NCBI GenBank assembly: GCA_032654565.1
Contig: JAULAX010000015.1
Coordinates: 992,001-1,056,000, forward strand
From: Anaeromyxobacteraceae bacterium
GTDB taxonomy: Bacteria; Myxococcota; Myxococcia; Myxococcales; Anaeromyxobacteraceae
DNA: 64,000 nucleotides
Direction of reading: 5' to 3'
Every line of letters begins with the position of its first letter. Within the stretch, counting starts at the first letter, position 1. Below, one piece after another: positions 1-11,721 of this stretch. Under the pieces are notes generated by a model. It ran no database searches and was not told the origin of the DNA. It was given only the letters and a program-made list of their open reading frames with translations. A program made the position numbers and the translations under genes.

Positions 1-44
1 GCGCCTCGAGGCACCGGGGGCCGCCGTTCAAACCTGCGCCGCCA

Positions 45-1715
45 CTAGTCGGAGTGGTGGATGGAACCCTGGGTGTCGGTGTCCTTCATGAACAGCGAGC
101 CGACCACGAAGGTCATCAGGGCGATGGTGATGGGGTACCAGAGGCCGTAGTAGATGTCGCCGGTGGCCGCCACCAGGGCGAAGGCGATGGTGGGCAGGAA
201 GCCGCCGAACCAGCCGTTGCCGATGTGGTACGGGAGCGACATCGAGGTGTAGCGGATCTTGGCCGGGAACAGCTCGACCAGCCAGGCGCCGATGGGGGCG
301 TACACCATGGTCACGTAGATGACGAGGATGACCAGCAGCAGGGTCACCATCGGCACGTTGACGCGGCTCATGTCGGCCTTGGCCGGGTACATCTTGGTGG
401 CGCCGGTGATGGCCTTGGCCAGCTCGGCGTTCTTGGCCTTGAAGTCGGCCCCGGCGGCGTTGCCGTCGAAGCTCTCCACCTTCACGTCGCCGACCTTCAT
501 GTACGCCAGCGTGCCGGCCGGAGCCGCCTCGTTGAGGTACGGGATGGCCTTCTTGGCGAGGATCGACTTCACCTGGTCACAGGAAGACTTGAAGGTCTTC
601 TTGCCGATGGGGTCGAACTGGAAGGCGCAGTCGTCCGGATCGGCGACCACGGTGACCGGGCTGGCGGCCTGCGCCTCGGCGAGCCCCGGGTTGGCGTAGT
701 GGGTCAGGGCCTTGAAGATGGGGAAGTAGGTCAGGGCGGCGATCAGGCAGCCGGCCATGATGATCCACTTGCGGCCGATCCGGTCGGAGAGCGCGCCGAA
801 GACGATGAAGAAGGGCGTGCCGATGATCAGCGCGAAGGCCACGATGAGGTTGGCCGCCTGCGACTCGAGCTTGAGGATCTGGAGCAGGAAGAAGAGCTCG
901 TAGAACATGCCCGTGTACCAGACCACGCCCTGGCCGGCGACGCCGCCGAAGAGGACCAGGAGCACGATCTTGAGGTTGCCCCAGCGCAGGAACGACTCGG
1001 TCAGGGGGGCGCGGGAGACCTTGCCCTCCTCCTTCATCCGCTTGAAGACCGGCGACTCGTTCAGCTTGAGCCGGATCCAGACGGAGACGGCCACCAGCAG
1101 GGCGGAGAGCAGGAACGGGATGCGCCAGCCCCAGTCCTCGAAGGCGGCGGTGCCCATCGCCAGGCGGCAGGAGAGGATGACGATCAGCGACAGGAACAGG
1201 CCGAGGGTCGCGGTGGTCTGGATGAAGGCCGTGAAGAAGCCGCGCTTGCCGTTGGGGGCGTGCTCGGCCACGTAGGTGGCGGCGCCGCCGTACTCACCGC
1301 CGAGCGCCAACCCCTGGAGGATGCGCATGGTGATGAGGATGATCGGCGCCGTGATGCCGATCGAGTTGTAGTTGGGCAGGATGCCGACGATGACGGTGGC
1401 ACCGCCCATCAGCAGGATGGTGACGAGGAAGGTGTACTTGCGGCCGATCAGGTCGCCGATGCGGCCGAAGACGATGGCGCCGAAGGGGCGGACGAAGAAG
1501 CCGGCGGCGAAGGCGAGCAGCGCGAAGATGAACGAGGTGGTCTCGTTGGTGGCCACGAAGAACTGCTTGGAGATGATCGCGGCCAGCGAACCGTACAGGT
1601 AGAAGTCGTACCACTCGAAGACGGTGCCCAGGGAGGAGGCGAAGATGACCATCCGCTCTTCCTTGGTGATCCCGGCTCCCTTGCCCGGGACATTTGCCAC
1701 ATTCGACTCAGCCAT
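45..1715 (-). CDS. MFS transporter, metabolite:H+ symporter (MHS) family
   Basis: MHS motifs 'GTVFEWYDF', 'FGRIGDLIGRK', 'GGEYGGA', 'WGWRIPF'; start trimmed to ATG of MAESNV. Confidence 0.9.
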   Translation of the reverse strand: MAESNVANVPGKGAGITKEERMVIFASSLGTVFEWYDFYLYGSLAAIISKQFFVATNETTSFIFALLAFAAGFFVRPFGAIVFGRIGDLIGRKYTFLVTILLMGGATVIVGILPNYNSIGITAPIILITMRILQGLALGGEYGGAATYVAEHAPNGKRGFFTAFIQTTATLGLFLSLIVILSCRLAMGTAAFEDWGWRIPFLLSALLVAVSVWIRLKLNESPVFKRMKEEGKVSRAPLTESFLRWGNLKIVLLVLFGGVAGQGVVWYTGMFYELFFLLQILKLESQAANLIVAFALIIGTPFFIVFGALSDRIGRKWIIMAGCLIAALTYFPIFKALTHYANPGLAEAQAASPVTVVADPDDCAFQFDPIGKKTFKSSCDQVKSILAKKAIPYLNEAAPAGTLAYMKVGDVKVESFDGNAAGADFKAKNAELAKAITGATKMYPAKADMSRVNVPMVTLLLVILVIYVTMVYAPIGAWLVELFPAKIRYTSMSLPYHIGNGWFGGFLPTIAFALVAATGDIYYGLWYPITIALMTFVVGSLFMKDTDTQGSIHHSD

Positions 1716-1884
1716 TTCGTCAAACCTCGAAGATAGGAGTTGGGGGTGAGGCGGGGGGCCGCGAGAAGCCGACGTTCCTACCACGGCTGGTTTCGGGCAA
1801 ACAAGGTTTCACGCAAAGCCAGCGCGCAAAAAATGGGGCGTGGAATGCCAGAGTTGCACGGCGATCAGGCCTCGGCGTGAAATC

Positions 1885-1902
1885 AACTTGATAGGTCAAG
1901 TT
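1885..1902. promoter_or_regulatory. Inverted repeat AACTTGA-TAGG-TCAAGTT, candidate transcription-factor site
   Basis: Perfect 7-bp arms in the AT-richer intergenic region upstream of the MHS transporter. Confidence 0.45.
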
Positions 1903-1956
1903 CGTCGAGCCACCTTTGGCGACACGGGAATTCCGAAATGCGCAAGATTGACGCAA

Positions 1957-3132
1957 TCAGACGAAACGCGCCCTGCGCAGCAGGAGCAGGGCGCCGGCGA
2001 GCGGCAGCAGCTCGATGGCTCCCGCCCACGCGAAGAGGGGAGGCGCGCGTCCGAAGTGGTCGAGCGCCAGCCCGGCCAGCTGGTAGCCGGCGGCGTTGCC
2101 GACGCCGAAGACCACCGCCGTGAAGAGCGCCTGCCCGGTGGCGCGCAGGGGGATGGGCACCAGCCGCGACATCGCCTCCACCGAGCAGCTCCAGAAGAGG
2201 CCGAAGGTGAGCCCGTGGAGGAGCTGCAGGGAGATCACGCCGGCGGCCCCTTCGGCCTGCGACAGGGCCAGCCAGCGGACCGCCGAGCCGGCGAAGGCGG
2301 TGGCGAAGAGCCCGGTCAGCGACCAGCGGGCGGCCAGCCGCGGGAAGGCCAGCAGCACCGCCACCTCGGCCAGCACCCCCACCCCCATCCCCAGGCCGGT
2401 GACCACCGACGGCAGGGCCCGGTCGCGCACCAGCAGGCCGAAGAAGAGGTGGAAGGGGGCGCAGGCCAGCCAGTGGATGGCGCCGCCGGCCAGCAGCAGC
2501 AGCAGCCGACGGTCGCCGAGCAGGGTCCGGACCGCCAGCCAGTCGGGGCGCTCGCCACCCGGCGGTGCGGCACGGGGCAGGCCGCGCACCGCCAGGGCGT
2601 AGCCGGCCACCAGCGAGAGGATCACCCAGGGCACCAGCGGGTCGGCCGGCCGATCTCCCCGCCAGGCCAGCAGCCCCCCGACCAGCAGCGCCAGCACCGC
2701 GAAGCCCAGCGAACCGCCCACCCGGATCCGGGCGTAGCTGCGCCCCGGGGCCCGGCCGACGTGGGCCATGGTGAGCGAGTCGAGCAGCGGCACCACCGCC
2801 CGGTCGCCCAGCGACTGGACCAGCACCACCGCCCCCATGGCCAGCGGCGTCGCCGCCCAGGGGAGGAAGAGGGCGGCCCCCAGCGAGACCAGCGTGGCCA
2901 GGCCGAGGACCCGCTCCGGCGCGCCGATCCGGTCGGCCAGCGCCGCCCAGCCCAGCGCCGCCGCCGGGGCCACCAGCGGGGCCAGCATCTGCACGGTGCC
3001 GATGGCGCTCCCCGAGAAGCCGAGGTCGCGCAGGTACGGGGCGAAGTAGGGGAGGGTGGTCCCGACCGCGCCGTAATAGAGGAAGTAGATGAGGCGCAGC
3101 CGCCACGCGGGAGCCATCTGGTAGGCTGGCAC
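1957..3132 (-). CDS. MFS transporter (HcaT/nucleoside:H+ symporter-like)
   Basis: About 12 hydrophobic segments; 'YARIRVGGSLGF', 'QLLHGLTFGLF', 'RATGQALF'; start may be the next Met. Confidence 0.8.
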   Translation of the reverse strand: MPAYQMAPAWRLRLIYFLYYGAVGTTLPYFAPYLRDLGFSGSAIGTVQMLAPLVAPAAALGWAALADRIGAPERVLGLATLVSLGAALFLPWAATPLAMGAVVLVQSLGDRAVVPLLDSLTMAHVGRAPGRSYARIRVGGSLGFAVLALLVGGLLAWRGDRPADPLVPWVILSLVAGYALAVRGLPRAAPPGGERPDWLAVRTLLGDRRLLLLLAGGAIHWLACAPFHLFFGLLVRDRALPSVVTGLGMGVGVLAEVAVLLAFPRLAARWSLTGLFATAFAGSAVRWLALSQAEGAAGVISLQLLHGLTFGLFWSCSVEAMSRLVPIPLRATGQALFTAVVFGVGNAAGYQLAGLALDHFGRAPPLFAWAGAIELLPLAGALLLLRRARFV

Positions 3133-3137
3133 ATACC

Positions 3138-4088
3138 ATGGCGCTCGCAGGCGTGGTCCTCTGCGCCGGGCTCGGCACCCGGCTCCGTCCCCTCACCGCG
3201 CTCCTGCCCAAGCCGGCCGTGCCGGTCTGCCAGGTGCCGCTGATCCGCCACGCCCTCGGCCTGCTGGCCGGGGCCGGGATCCGGCGGGTGGTGGTCAACG
3301 TCCACCACCAGCCCGAGGCCATGGCGGCGGCGGCCCGGGCCGCGGCCGAGGAGCTGGGGCTGGCGCTGGCCATCTCCCACGAGCCGGTCATCGCCGGCAC
3401 CGGCGGGGCGCTGCGCGAGGCGGCGCCGCTGCTCGCCGGGGCCGAGGCGGTGGTGGTGCTGAACGGCGACGTGCTCTTCGACGCCGACCTGCACGCCGCG
3501 CTGGCCGCCCACCGCGCCAGCGGGGCGCTGGCGACCATGGCGCTCCTCCCCATGCCGGCCGGGGCCGGCTACGCCTCGGTGGAGCTCGACGCCAGGGGGC
3601 GGGTGCGGCGCATCGCCGGGAGGTTCGGGCCGGGCGGCGAGGGGCTGACCCCCTGGCACTTCCCCGGCCTCTCCGTGATCTCGCCGGCGCTGCTGCCGCT
3701 CATCCCGGCCGCCCCCTTCGAGTGCGACATCCACCGCGACGTCTACCCGCCGCTGATGGGGCGCGGGCTGGTGCGGGGGCTGGTCACCTGCGGCGCCTGG
3801 AGCGACCTCGGGACGCCGGCCAGCTACCTGGCCGCCAACCTCGAGGTGGCCGCCGGGCGCTTCCCGCTGGCCCGCTTCGGCCTGCCGGCGCCGCGCCGCA
3901 TCGCCGGGAGCGCCCGGATCGAGCCCGGCGCCCAGGTGGGGGAGGCGGTGGTCATCGGCGAGGGGTGCCTGGTGCCGGCCGGCGCCCGCCTCGACCGGGC
4001 CGTCCTCTGGCCCGGCACGCGGCTGCGGGAGGGCGAGGTGCTGGTCGATGCGGTGGCCGCCGGCGAGCTGCGTGTGGCCGCGGAGTAG
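3138..4088 (+). CDS. Sugar-phosphate nucleotidyltransferase (MurU/mannose-1-P guanylyltransferase-like)
   Basis: 'AGLGTRLRPLT..LPKP', 'GTGGAL', 'LNGD', 'WSDLGT'; short C-terminal hexapeptide repeats. Confidence 0.85.
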   Translation: MALAGVVLCAGLGTRLRPLTALLPKPAVPVCQVPLIRHALGLLAGAGIRRVVVNVHHQPEAMAAAARAAAEELGLALAISHEPVIAGTGGALREAAPLLAGAEAVVVLNGDVLFDADLHAALAAHRASGALATMALLPMPAGAGYASVELDARGRVRRIAGRFGPGGEGLTPWHFPGLSVISPALLPLIPAAPFECDIHRDVYPPLMGRGLVRGLVTCGAWSDLGTPASYLAANLEVAAGRFPLARFGLPAPRRIAGSARIEPGAQVGEAVVIGEGCLVPAGARLDRAVLWPGTRLREGEVLVDAVAAGELRVAAE

Positions 4089-4105
4089 GCGCCGCGGCGA
4101 GGCCG

Positions 4106-5941
<1,836 letters not shown>

Positions 5942-6021
5942 CACCGGCTTATACCGCGGGAGGGGGCCCGGTGGTCGGGATCGTGACCTCGGCCCCGGAT
6001 CGTGCTCTCCTCCTCCCCGCC

Positions 6022-7173
6022 GTGAACCAGCGCCCCCGCCTCGCCAGCTCCCTCCTGGCCGGACTCCTCGCCGTGGCCGCCGCCGCCTGGGTCCGCGGCG
6101 TGGCGGTGGAGCGGCTGCCGCCCGACTACGACGAGTTCGCCTACCTCCCGGCCGCCTTCCGCTACGCCGAGCGGATGGTCCCGGGGCGCTGGGGGGAGAT
6201 CCCCGGCGTCACCGAGAACGAGGAGCACCCGCCGCTCTGCAAGCTGGCCTACGCCGCGGTGCTGAAGCGGACCGGGGCGGCCGAGCCGGAGTGGGACCGG
6301 GTCGAGGTGGGCAAGCCGACGCCGGCGGCGGCGCGCCCCGCCTTCACCGCGACGCGGACCTTCTCGGCGGTCACCGGCGTGCTGCAGGTGCTCCTCGAGG
6401 CGCTGGTCTCCCCGCTGGGCGCGCTCTGGCTGGCCTTCGACACCTACCACGCCAAGTACACGGCCCAGGCCTACATCGAGGGGCTCCCCGGGCTCTTCGC
6501 CATCCTCGCGGTGCTGCTCTTCGAGCGGGCGCTGCGCGAGCGCCAGACCGGCGGGCTGGTGCCGGCCCGGCCCACCCTGGCCCCGGGGCCGCTGCTGGCC
6601 GCCGCGGTGATGCTCGGCCTGGCCGCCGCCGGCAAGTACCCCTACGGCCTGGTGCTGCTGCTGGCCTTCCTCCCCTTCCTGCTGCTGCGCGGGCACGACA
6701 AGCCCTGGCTGCTGGCCGGGGCGGGCGCGGTGGCGCTGCTGGCCTTCGTCGCCGCCGACCCGTACCTCTGGGACGACACCGTCGACCGGGTCTGGAACTC
6801 GGTGGCCTTCCACTTCAGGTACTCGCAGAACGAGCACGTCAGGAAGAGCGGGCTGCCCTGGTGGTACCAGCTCTACTACCTGACCCGGTCGACGCCGGTC
6901 CGCTGGCACCCCGGCGTCTTCCCCTTCGGCTGGCTCGACGTGCTGCTGCTGCCGGCGGCGGCGCTGGGCGTCCCGTACGCGGCGCGCCACCGCCCGGTCT
7001 GGCTGGCCTGGGCCGTGGTCGGCCTGCTCTTCCTGCTGGCCTGGCCGACCAAGTGGCCGCAGTACACGCTGCTGGCCCGCCCTCCGCTCACCGTGCTGGC
7101 CGGGCTGGGGCTGGTGGCGATGAAGGATCGGCTCCTCGGCGGGCGCCGGCGGTCCGGGCCGGCCAGGCTGTAG
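6022..7173 (+). CDS. Polytopic membrane protein, probable GT-C (PMT/ArnT-like) glycosyltransferase
   Basis: 'DYDE' after first TM, 'EHPPLCK', 'GLAAAGKY'; GTG start at 6022 chosen, start uncertain. Confidence 0.6.
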   Translation: MNQRPRLASSLLAGLLAVAAAAWVRGVAVERLPPDYDEFAYLPAAFRYAERMVPGRWGEIPGVTENEEHPPLCKLAYAAVLKRTGAAEPEWDRVEVGKPTPAAARPAFTATRTFSAVTGVLQVLLEALVSPLGALWLAFDTYHAKYTAQAYIEGLPGLFAILAVLLFERALRERQTGGLVPARPTLAPGPLLAAAVMLGLAAAGKYPYGLVLLLAFLPFLLLRGHDKPWLLAGAGAVALLAFVAADPYLWDDTVDRVWNSVAFHFRYSQNEHVRKSGLPWWYQLYYLTRSTPVRWHPGVFPFGWLDVLLLPAAALGVPYAARHRPVWLAWAVVGLLFLLAWPTKWPQYTLLARPPLTVLAGLGLVAMKDRLLGGRRRSGPARL

Positions 7174-7192
7174 CCTCCCCCGGCCGCGCCGA

Positions 7193-7897
7193 TCAGCGCG
7201 CCGCGCCGGTGTCGAGCACCACCGCCCCGGTGCCGTCGGTGGCGCGCAGCCGTCGGATGTCGACCACCAGCGCCGGCGCGCCGTCCACCAGCTGGGCCGC
7301 CACCGGCTCCACCTCCAGGTCGAGGGTGAGGGTCCGCGAGGGGTCGCGTCGCAGCAGCCCCCGGGCCGCGGCCTCGTCCACCGGCAGCAGGGCCTGGGCG
7401 TCGCCGTCGCGGAAGACCAGCAGGTAGCGCCGCTCCAGGAAGCAGTAGTTGAAGGCATCGAAGCGGATCACCGCCCCGGCCTTGAGGACGGTGCGGAACC
7501 CGCCGCCCTTCGGGTCCCAGGGGCCGAGGGGCTGGCGCACCTGCACCTGCCAGCCCGGCGCCGCCGCCACCCGCGCGGCCTCGGCGGCCAGCCGCGCCGC
7601 CGCCTCCTGGACGGCCACGGCGCGCGCCTCCACCCCGCGCACCTCGCAGAGGTCCGGCCAGGCCAGCGCCAGCTCGGCCGGCGCCGGGGTGCCGGCGAGC
7701 TGGTGGTGGAGCAGCGCCACCTGCAGCGCGCCCAGCGGCGAGGTGGCCGCCCACGGATCGACGGCGTCCCCCCCGGCCTTCCCGCCCCAGGCGCCGGGGA
7801 GGCCTGCGCAGGCGGCCAGCCCCAGCGCGGCGGCGGCGACGGCGCCGAGGTCGGCGAGGCGCCTGGCGGCGCCCCTCCGGCCAGGGTTCAGGCCCAT
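7193..7897 (-). CDS. Hypothetical lipoprotein (DUF4852-like)
   Basis: C-terminal 234 aa of ORF 7193..9952; lipobox 'LAAC'; start overlaps tnaA stop. Confidence 0.55.
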   Translation of the reverse strand: MGLNPGRRGAARRLADLGAVAAAALGLAACAGLPGAWGGKAGGDAVDPWAATSPLGALQVALLHHQLAGTPAPAELALAWPDLCEVRGVEARAVAVQEAAARLAAEAARVAAAPGWQVQVRQPLGPWDPKGGGFRTVLKAGAVIRFDAFNYCFLERRYLLVFRDGDAQALLPVDEAAARGLLRRDPSRTLTLDLEVEPVAAQLVDGAPALVVDIRRLRATDGTGAVVLDTGAAR

Positions 7898-9258
7898 TCG
7901 AACTCCGCGGTGAAGTGGCGCAGGTACTTGCCCTGCCTGGTGAAGCGGACGCCGCGGACCTGCGAGGCCGTCGCCTTGAGCTCGCAGATGACCTCGGCGG
8001 CGTAGTCGAAGTGGCTCTGGGTGTAGACCCGGCGCGGGAAGGCCAGCCGCACCAGGTCGAGGTGGTGGAAGGTCTCGGTGCCGTCGTCGAGCCGCCGGCC
8101 GAACATCACCGAGCCGATCTCGACGCCGCGCAGCCCGCCCTCCAGGTAGAGCGCGGCGCAGAGCGACCAGGCCGGGTACTGCTCCGGCGGCAGGTGGGGG
8201 AGGAAGGCCCGGGCGTCGAGGTAGACGGCGTGGCCGCCGGTCGGCTCGACGATCCGCACCCCGCCGGCCAGCAGCTTCTCGCCGAGGTACTCGGCGGTGC
8301 GCAGCCGGTAGCGCAGGTAGTCCTCGTCGAGCACCTCCTGCAGGCCGGTGGCCATGGCCTCCAGGTCGCGGCCGGCCAGCCCGCCGTAGGTGGGGAACCC
8401 CTCGGTGAGGATGAGCAGGTTGCGGGCGGCCTCCACCCAGCGGTCGTCGCGCAGGGCGATGAAGCCGCCGATGTTGACCAGGCCGTCCTTCTTGCCGCTC
8501 ATGGTGCAGGCGTCGGCCAGCGAGAAGACCTCCTGCGCGATCTCCTTGACGGTCCGGTGCTGCTGCCCCGGCTCGCGCAGCTTGATGAACATGGCGTTCT
8601 CGGCGAAGCGGCAGGCGTCGATGACCAGCGGCTTGCCGAAGCGGGCCAGCAGCGCCCGGTAGGCGCGCAGGTTCGAAAGCGACACCGGCTGGCCGCCGCC
8701 GGAGTTGTTGGTGATGGTGATCATGCCGAAGGGGATGCGGGGGGCCTGGGCCTGCAGCAGCGCCTCGACGGCGGCCAGGTCGATGTTCCCCTTGAAGGGG
8801 TGGAGGCTCGCCGCCTCGCGCCCCTCGGCGATCACCAGGTCGAGCGCCTCGACGCCGCCGTGCTCGAGGTTGGCGCGGGTGGTGTCGAAGTGGGTGTTGC
8901 TGGGGACCAGGTCGCCGGGGCGGGTGGCCACCGAGAAGAGGATGCGCTCGGCGGCCCGCCCCTGGTGGGTGGGGATGACGTGGCGGCAGCCGGTCAGGTC
9001 GCGCACCACCGCCTCGAGCCGGTAGAAGCTGCGGGCCCCGGCGTAGCTCTCGTCCCCCTCCATCAGGGCCGCCCACTGGCGCGCCGACATGGCCCCGGTG
9101 CCGGAGTCGGTGAGGAAGTCGAGGAGCACGTCGTCGGCGCGGAGCGCGAAGACGTTGAGGCGGGCCTCCTCCAGCAGCCGGGCCCGCTCCTCGCGGGTGG
9201 TCATCCGGATGGGCTCGACCATCTTGATCCGGAAGGGCTCGATCCTGGTGCGGGGCAT
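7888..9258 (-). CDS. tnaA: Tryptophanase (PLP beta-eliminating lyase)
   Basis: 'LTDSGT', 'MSGKKDG' (PLP Lys), 'GFPTYGGL'; 'EIGS' and 'LRHFT' favour tryptophanase over tyrosine phenol-lyase. Confidence 0.88.
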   Translation of the reverse strand: MPRTRIEPFRIKMVEPIRMTTREERARLLEEARLNVFALRADDVLLDFLTDSGTGAMSARQWAALMEGDESYAGARSFYRLEAVVRDLTGCRHVIPTHQGRAAERILFSVATRPGDLVPSNTHFDTTRANLEHGGVEALDLVIAEGREAASLHPFKGNIDLAAVEALLQAQAPRIPFGMITITNNSGGGQPVSLSNLRAYRALLARFGKPLVIDACRFAENAMFIKLREPGQQHRTVKEIAQEVFSLADACTMSGKKDGLVNIGGFIALRDDRWVEAARNLLILTEGFPTYGGLAGRDLEAMATGLQEVLDEDYLRYRLRTAEYLGEKLLAGGVRIVEPTGGHAVYLDARAFLPHLPPEQYPAWSLCAALYLEGGLRGVEIGSVMFGRRLDDGTETFHHLDLVRLAFPRRVYTQSHFDYAAEVICELKATASQVRGVRFTRQGKYLRHFTAEFEWA

Positions 9259-9264
9259 GTGGCC

Positions 9265-11070
9265 TCAGAAGTCGACGTGGAACCGGTCGGCGGCGGCGTC
9301 CTGCCAGTCGCGGATGGCGCCGAAGGCGTCCTTGACCCGGCTGCGCTCGATGGCGCTGAGCGAGGAGAGGGCGATGGTGCTGGTGAGCGGCATCCCGGCC
9401 GCGGTCATCCCCAGCTGCAGCCGCAGCCGCAGGCCGAGCAGGAACCGGTAGGCCTCGGTCATGGTGGCCAGGGCGTCCTCGTCGAGGAGCCCGGCCCGCT
9501 GGGCCGCCTGGAGCCGCTCGATGGTGCTGCGCGCCCGGCTGCCCGCCTCCAGGGCGTAGCGCCGGGCCAGGCCGACGATGGGGCGGATGCCGCTGGCCTT
9601 GAGGTCCACCGTGGAGGACGCGCCGCGCAGCCGCAGCAGCAGCTGCGGTGGGGGGCGCGCCTGGAGCGCGTCCCTGGCCAGCAGCCGGAGGAAGACCGGC
9701 TTGCCGGCCGCGGCGACGACGATGCGGTCGAGCGGCTCGAGGTCGAGGTCGCCGCCCACCTTGCGGTAGTCGAAGAAGATGGAGGCCACCAGCAGGGCCT
9801 GGGGGGTGGGCACGTCGGTCCAGCCGGTGAAGCGCTCGGTCCACTCGGTCAGCGTCCCGTGCCAGGCCACCGCCATGTAGCCGCCGGGGCAGGGCGGGAA
9901 GCCGGCCTTCTCCAGGTCGCCGTTGACCAGGGCCGCGAAGGCCTGGAACCACTCGCGGTGGCCGCTCCCCTCGTCGGCGTAGACCAGGGCGTTGTCCTGG
10001 TCGGTGAGCAGGGTCTGCTCCATGCGCCCCTCCGAACCGAAGGCGATCCAGGCGAAGGGGGCGGGCGGCGCGCCCAGGTCGGCCACCGCCCAGTGCAGCA
10101 GGCGGCGCAGCAGGGCGTCGTTGAGCCGGGCCACCAGCCCGGCGATGGCCATGGGATCGAGGCCGCCGGCCAGCAGCGCCGCCACCATCTCGGTGACCCG
10201 GGTGGAATAGCCACCCAGGCTGCCGCGCGACTCCAGCCCCTCGACGCTGCGCAGCACCGCCACCGGCCCCTGGGCGGTGCTCCGCAGGATGTCGGTGGAG
10301 GTGAGGACGCCGATCACCGTCCCGTCCCGGGTGACCGGGAGGTGGTGGACCCGGGCGTCGAGCAGCTCGGTCCAGACCTGGTAGATGGGGGTCTCGGCGG
10401 CCACGGTGAGGAGGGGACGGGAGAAGACCCGGGTCACCGGCACGTCGGAGCCGAGCCCGCCCGCCAGCACCCGGTTGCGGAAGTCGCGGTCGGTGACGAT
10501 GCCGGGCGGCTCGGTGCGCACCAGCACCGAGGAGATGCCGGCGGCGCTCATCACCCGCGCCGCCTCGGCCACGGTGGTCTCCGGCGCCACCCAGACCGGC
10601 GGCCCTCGCAGCAGCTGCCCCACCGGCATGGCCAGGTCGGGCTGGAAGGTGGCCACCGGGGAGTGCTCCAGGCTGGCCTTGAGCCGCTCCGAGAGCTGCC
10701 CGGCGAAGTGGCCGGCGAAGCTGGCGTCGGCCAGCAGGAGGTGGAAGACCTCGGCCGGGATCCGGTAGGCCAGCAGGTCCTCATCGACGTAGACGTCGAG
10801 CGTGGCCTTCCCGGTGATCAGGGAGGTGTAGCCGAAGGCCTCCCCCTCCTCGAGCACCTGCAGCGTCTGGCCGTCCCGCTCGATGTGGACCGCCCCCTTG
10901 CGGATGACGTAGAGGTGGGCGAGCGGCTCCCCGCCGACCCGGCCGAGCCGGGTCCCCTTCTCGAACAGCCCCACCTCCAGCTTCCCGGCCACCGCCTCGA
11001 AGAGCGCCGCCGGCAGGGCGTGGAACGGGGAGATGCCCCGCAGGTACGCCACGGGATCGATGGTGGGCAC
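9265..11070 (-). CDS. cNMP-binding + CBS pair + DUF294 nucleotidyltransferase-like protein
   Basis: N-terminal cNMP fold ('LYVIRKGAV','GEAFG'); CBS ('GIVTDRDFR','HHLPV'); NTase 'GSEGRMEQ..TDQDNAL'; 'DLKASGIRPIV'. Confidence 0.9.
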   Translation of the reverse strand: MPTIDPVAYLRGISPFHALPAALFEAVAGKLEVGLFEKGTRLGRVGGEPLAHLYVIRKGAVHIERDGQTLQVLEEGEAFGYTSLITGKATLDVYVDEDLLAYRIPAEVFHLLLADASFAGHFAGQLSERLKASLEHSPVATFQPDLAMPVGQLLRGPPVWVAPETTVAEAARVMSAAGISSVLVRTEPPGIVTDRDFRNRVLAGGLGSDVPVTRVFSRPLLTVAAETPIYQVWTELLDARVHHLPVTRDGTVIGVLTSTDILRSTAQGPVAVLRSVEGLESRGSLGGYSTRVTEMVAALLAGGLDPMAIAGLVARLNDALLRRLLHWAVADLGAPPAPFAWIAFGSEGRMEQTLLTDQDNALVYADEGSGHREWFQAFAALVNGDLEKAGFPPCPGGYMAVAWHGTLTEWTERFTGWTDVPTPQALLVASIFFDYRKVGGDLDLEPLDRIVVAAAGKPVFLRLLARDALQARPPPQLLLRLRGASSTVDLKASGIRPIVGLARRYALEAGSRARSTIERLQAAQRAGLLDEDALATMTEAYRFLLGLRLRLQLGMTAAGMPLTSTIALSSLSAIERSRVKDAFGAIRDWQDAAADRFHVDF

Positions 11071-11127
11071 GGCCTGGACGCTACCACGGCGCCGCGCCCC
11101 CGCAGCGAGGGCGCGGCCCGGACCAGA

Positions 11128-11556
11128 CTAGTCGGTCTCGTGGATGATCTTCTGCAGGTCGGCCTCCATCGCCGCCGACCCGATCACCACCACGGTCTTG
11201 CCGCCGATCACCCAGTCGAAGCGCGGTTGGTCCTTGTTCCTGGACCAGGCCTCGCCGAGGTGGCCGGAGATGGTCTTCATCTGCCGGTCGCTGAGCTTCT
11301 TGGCCTTCATCAGGGTCTTGAAGTTGTGCTCCTCGGCCCCCTCGAACCAGACCACGCCGAAGGTCTCGGGGGGGGCGCCGATGTAGACGTAGATGGCCCG
11401 CTCGCCCGGGATGAACTCCATGGCGCCCTGCACCTTCTTCACGAACGGCTCGAGCACGGCGGCGCTGGCGGCCAGCCGGACCGCGCCCGGCGTGGTGGGG
11501 TCGAGCGGCGGGTGCTTCGGCTTCTCGGTTCCAAACAGCTTGCCCAGGAATCCCAT
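11128..11556 (-). CDS. Hypothetical protein
   Basis: 'MGFLGKLFG' start with GGAG RBS upstream; host-like codon usage. Confidence 0.7.
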   Translation of the reverse strand: MGFLGKLFGTEKPKHPPLDPTTPGAVRLAASAAVLEPFVKKVQGAMEFIPGERAIYVYIGAPPETFGVVWFEGAEEHNFKTLMKAKKLSDRQMKTISGHLGEAWSRNKDQPRFDWVIGGKTVVVIGSAAMEADLQKIIHETD

Positions 11557-11721
11557 GGTTGCGCTCCTTGTTGGTTCACCAAAGCAAAGGGCCGCCCTGA
11601 AGGAACTTCTCCTCCAGGCAGCGGCCCGGCTGCCCATTCGCCTCCGGGGGAGCACCCCGGACCCAGTGGTCATCATTCGCTGCTCTTCGCTACCAGTCAA
11701 CCCCTTCCAGGCCGGCGAGCC

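Noticed and set aside
1888..1899. FNR/CRP box
   Set aside because: Half-site spacing is 2 nt shorter than TTGAT-N4-ATCAA
5942..6021. glmS ribozyme
   Set aside because: Only ~80 nt before the divergent gene, and no recognisable core
7888..9258. Tyrosine phenol-lyase
   Set aside because: Has LRHFT and EIGS rather than the TPL-type LRFFT and ERG
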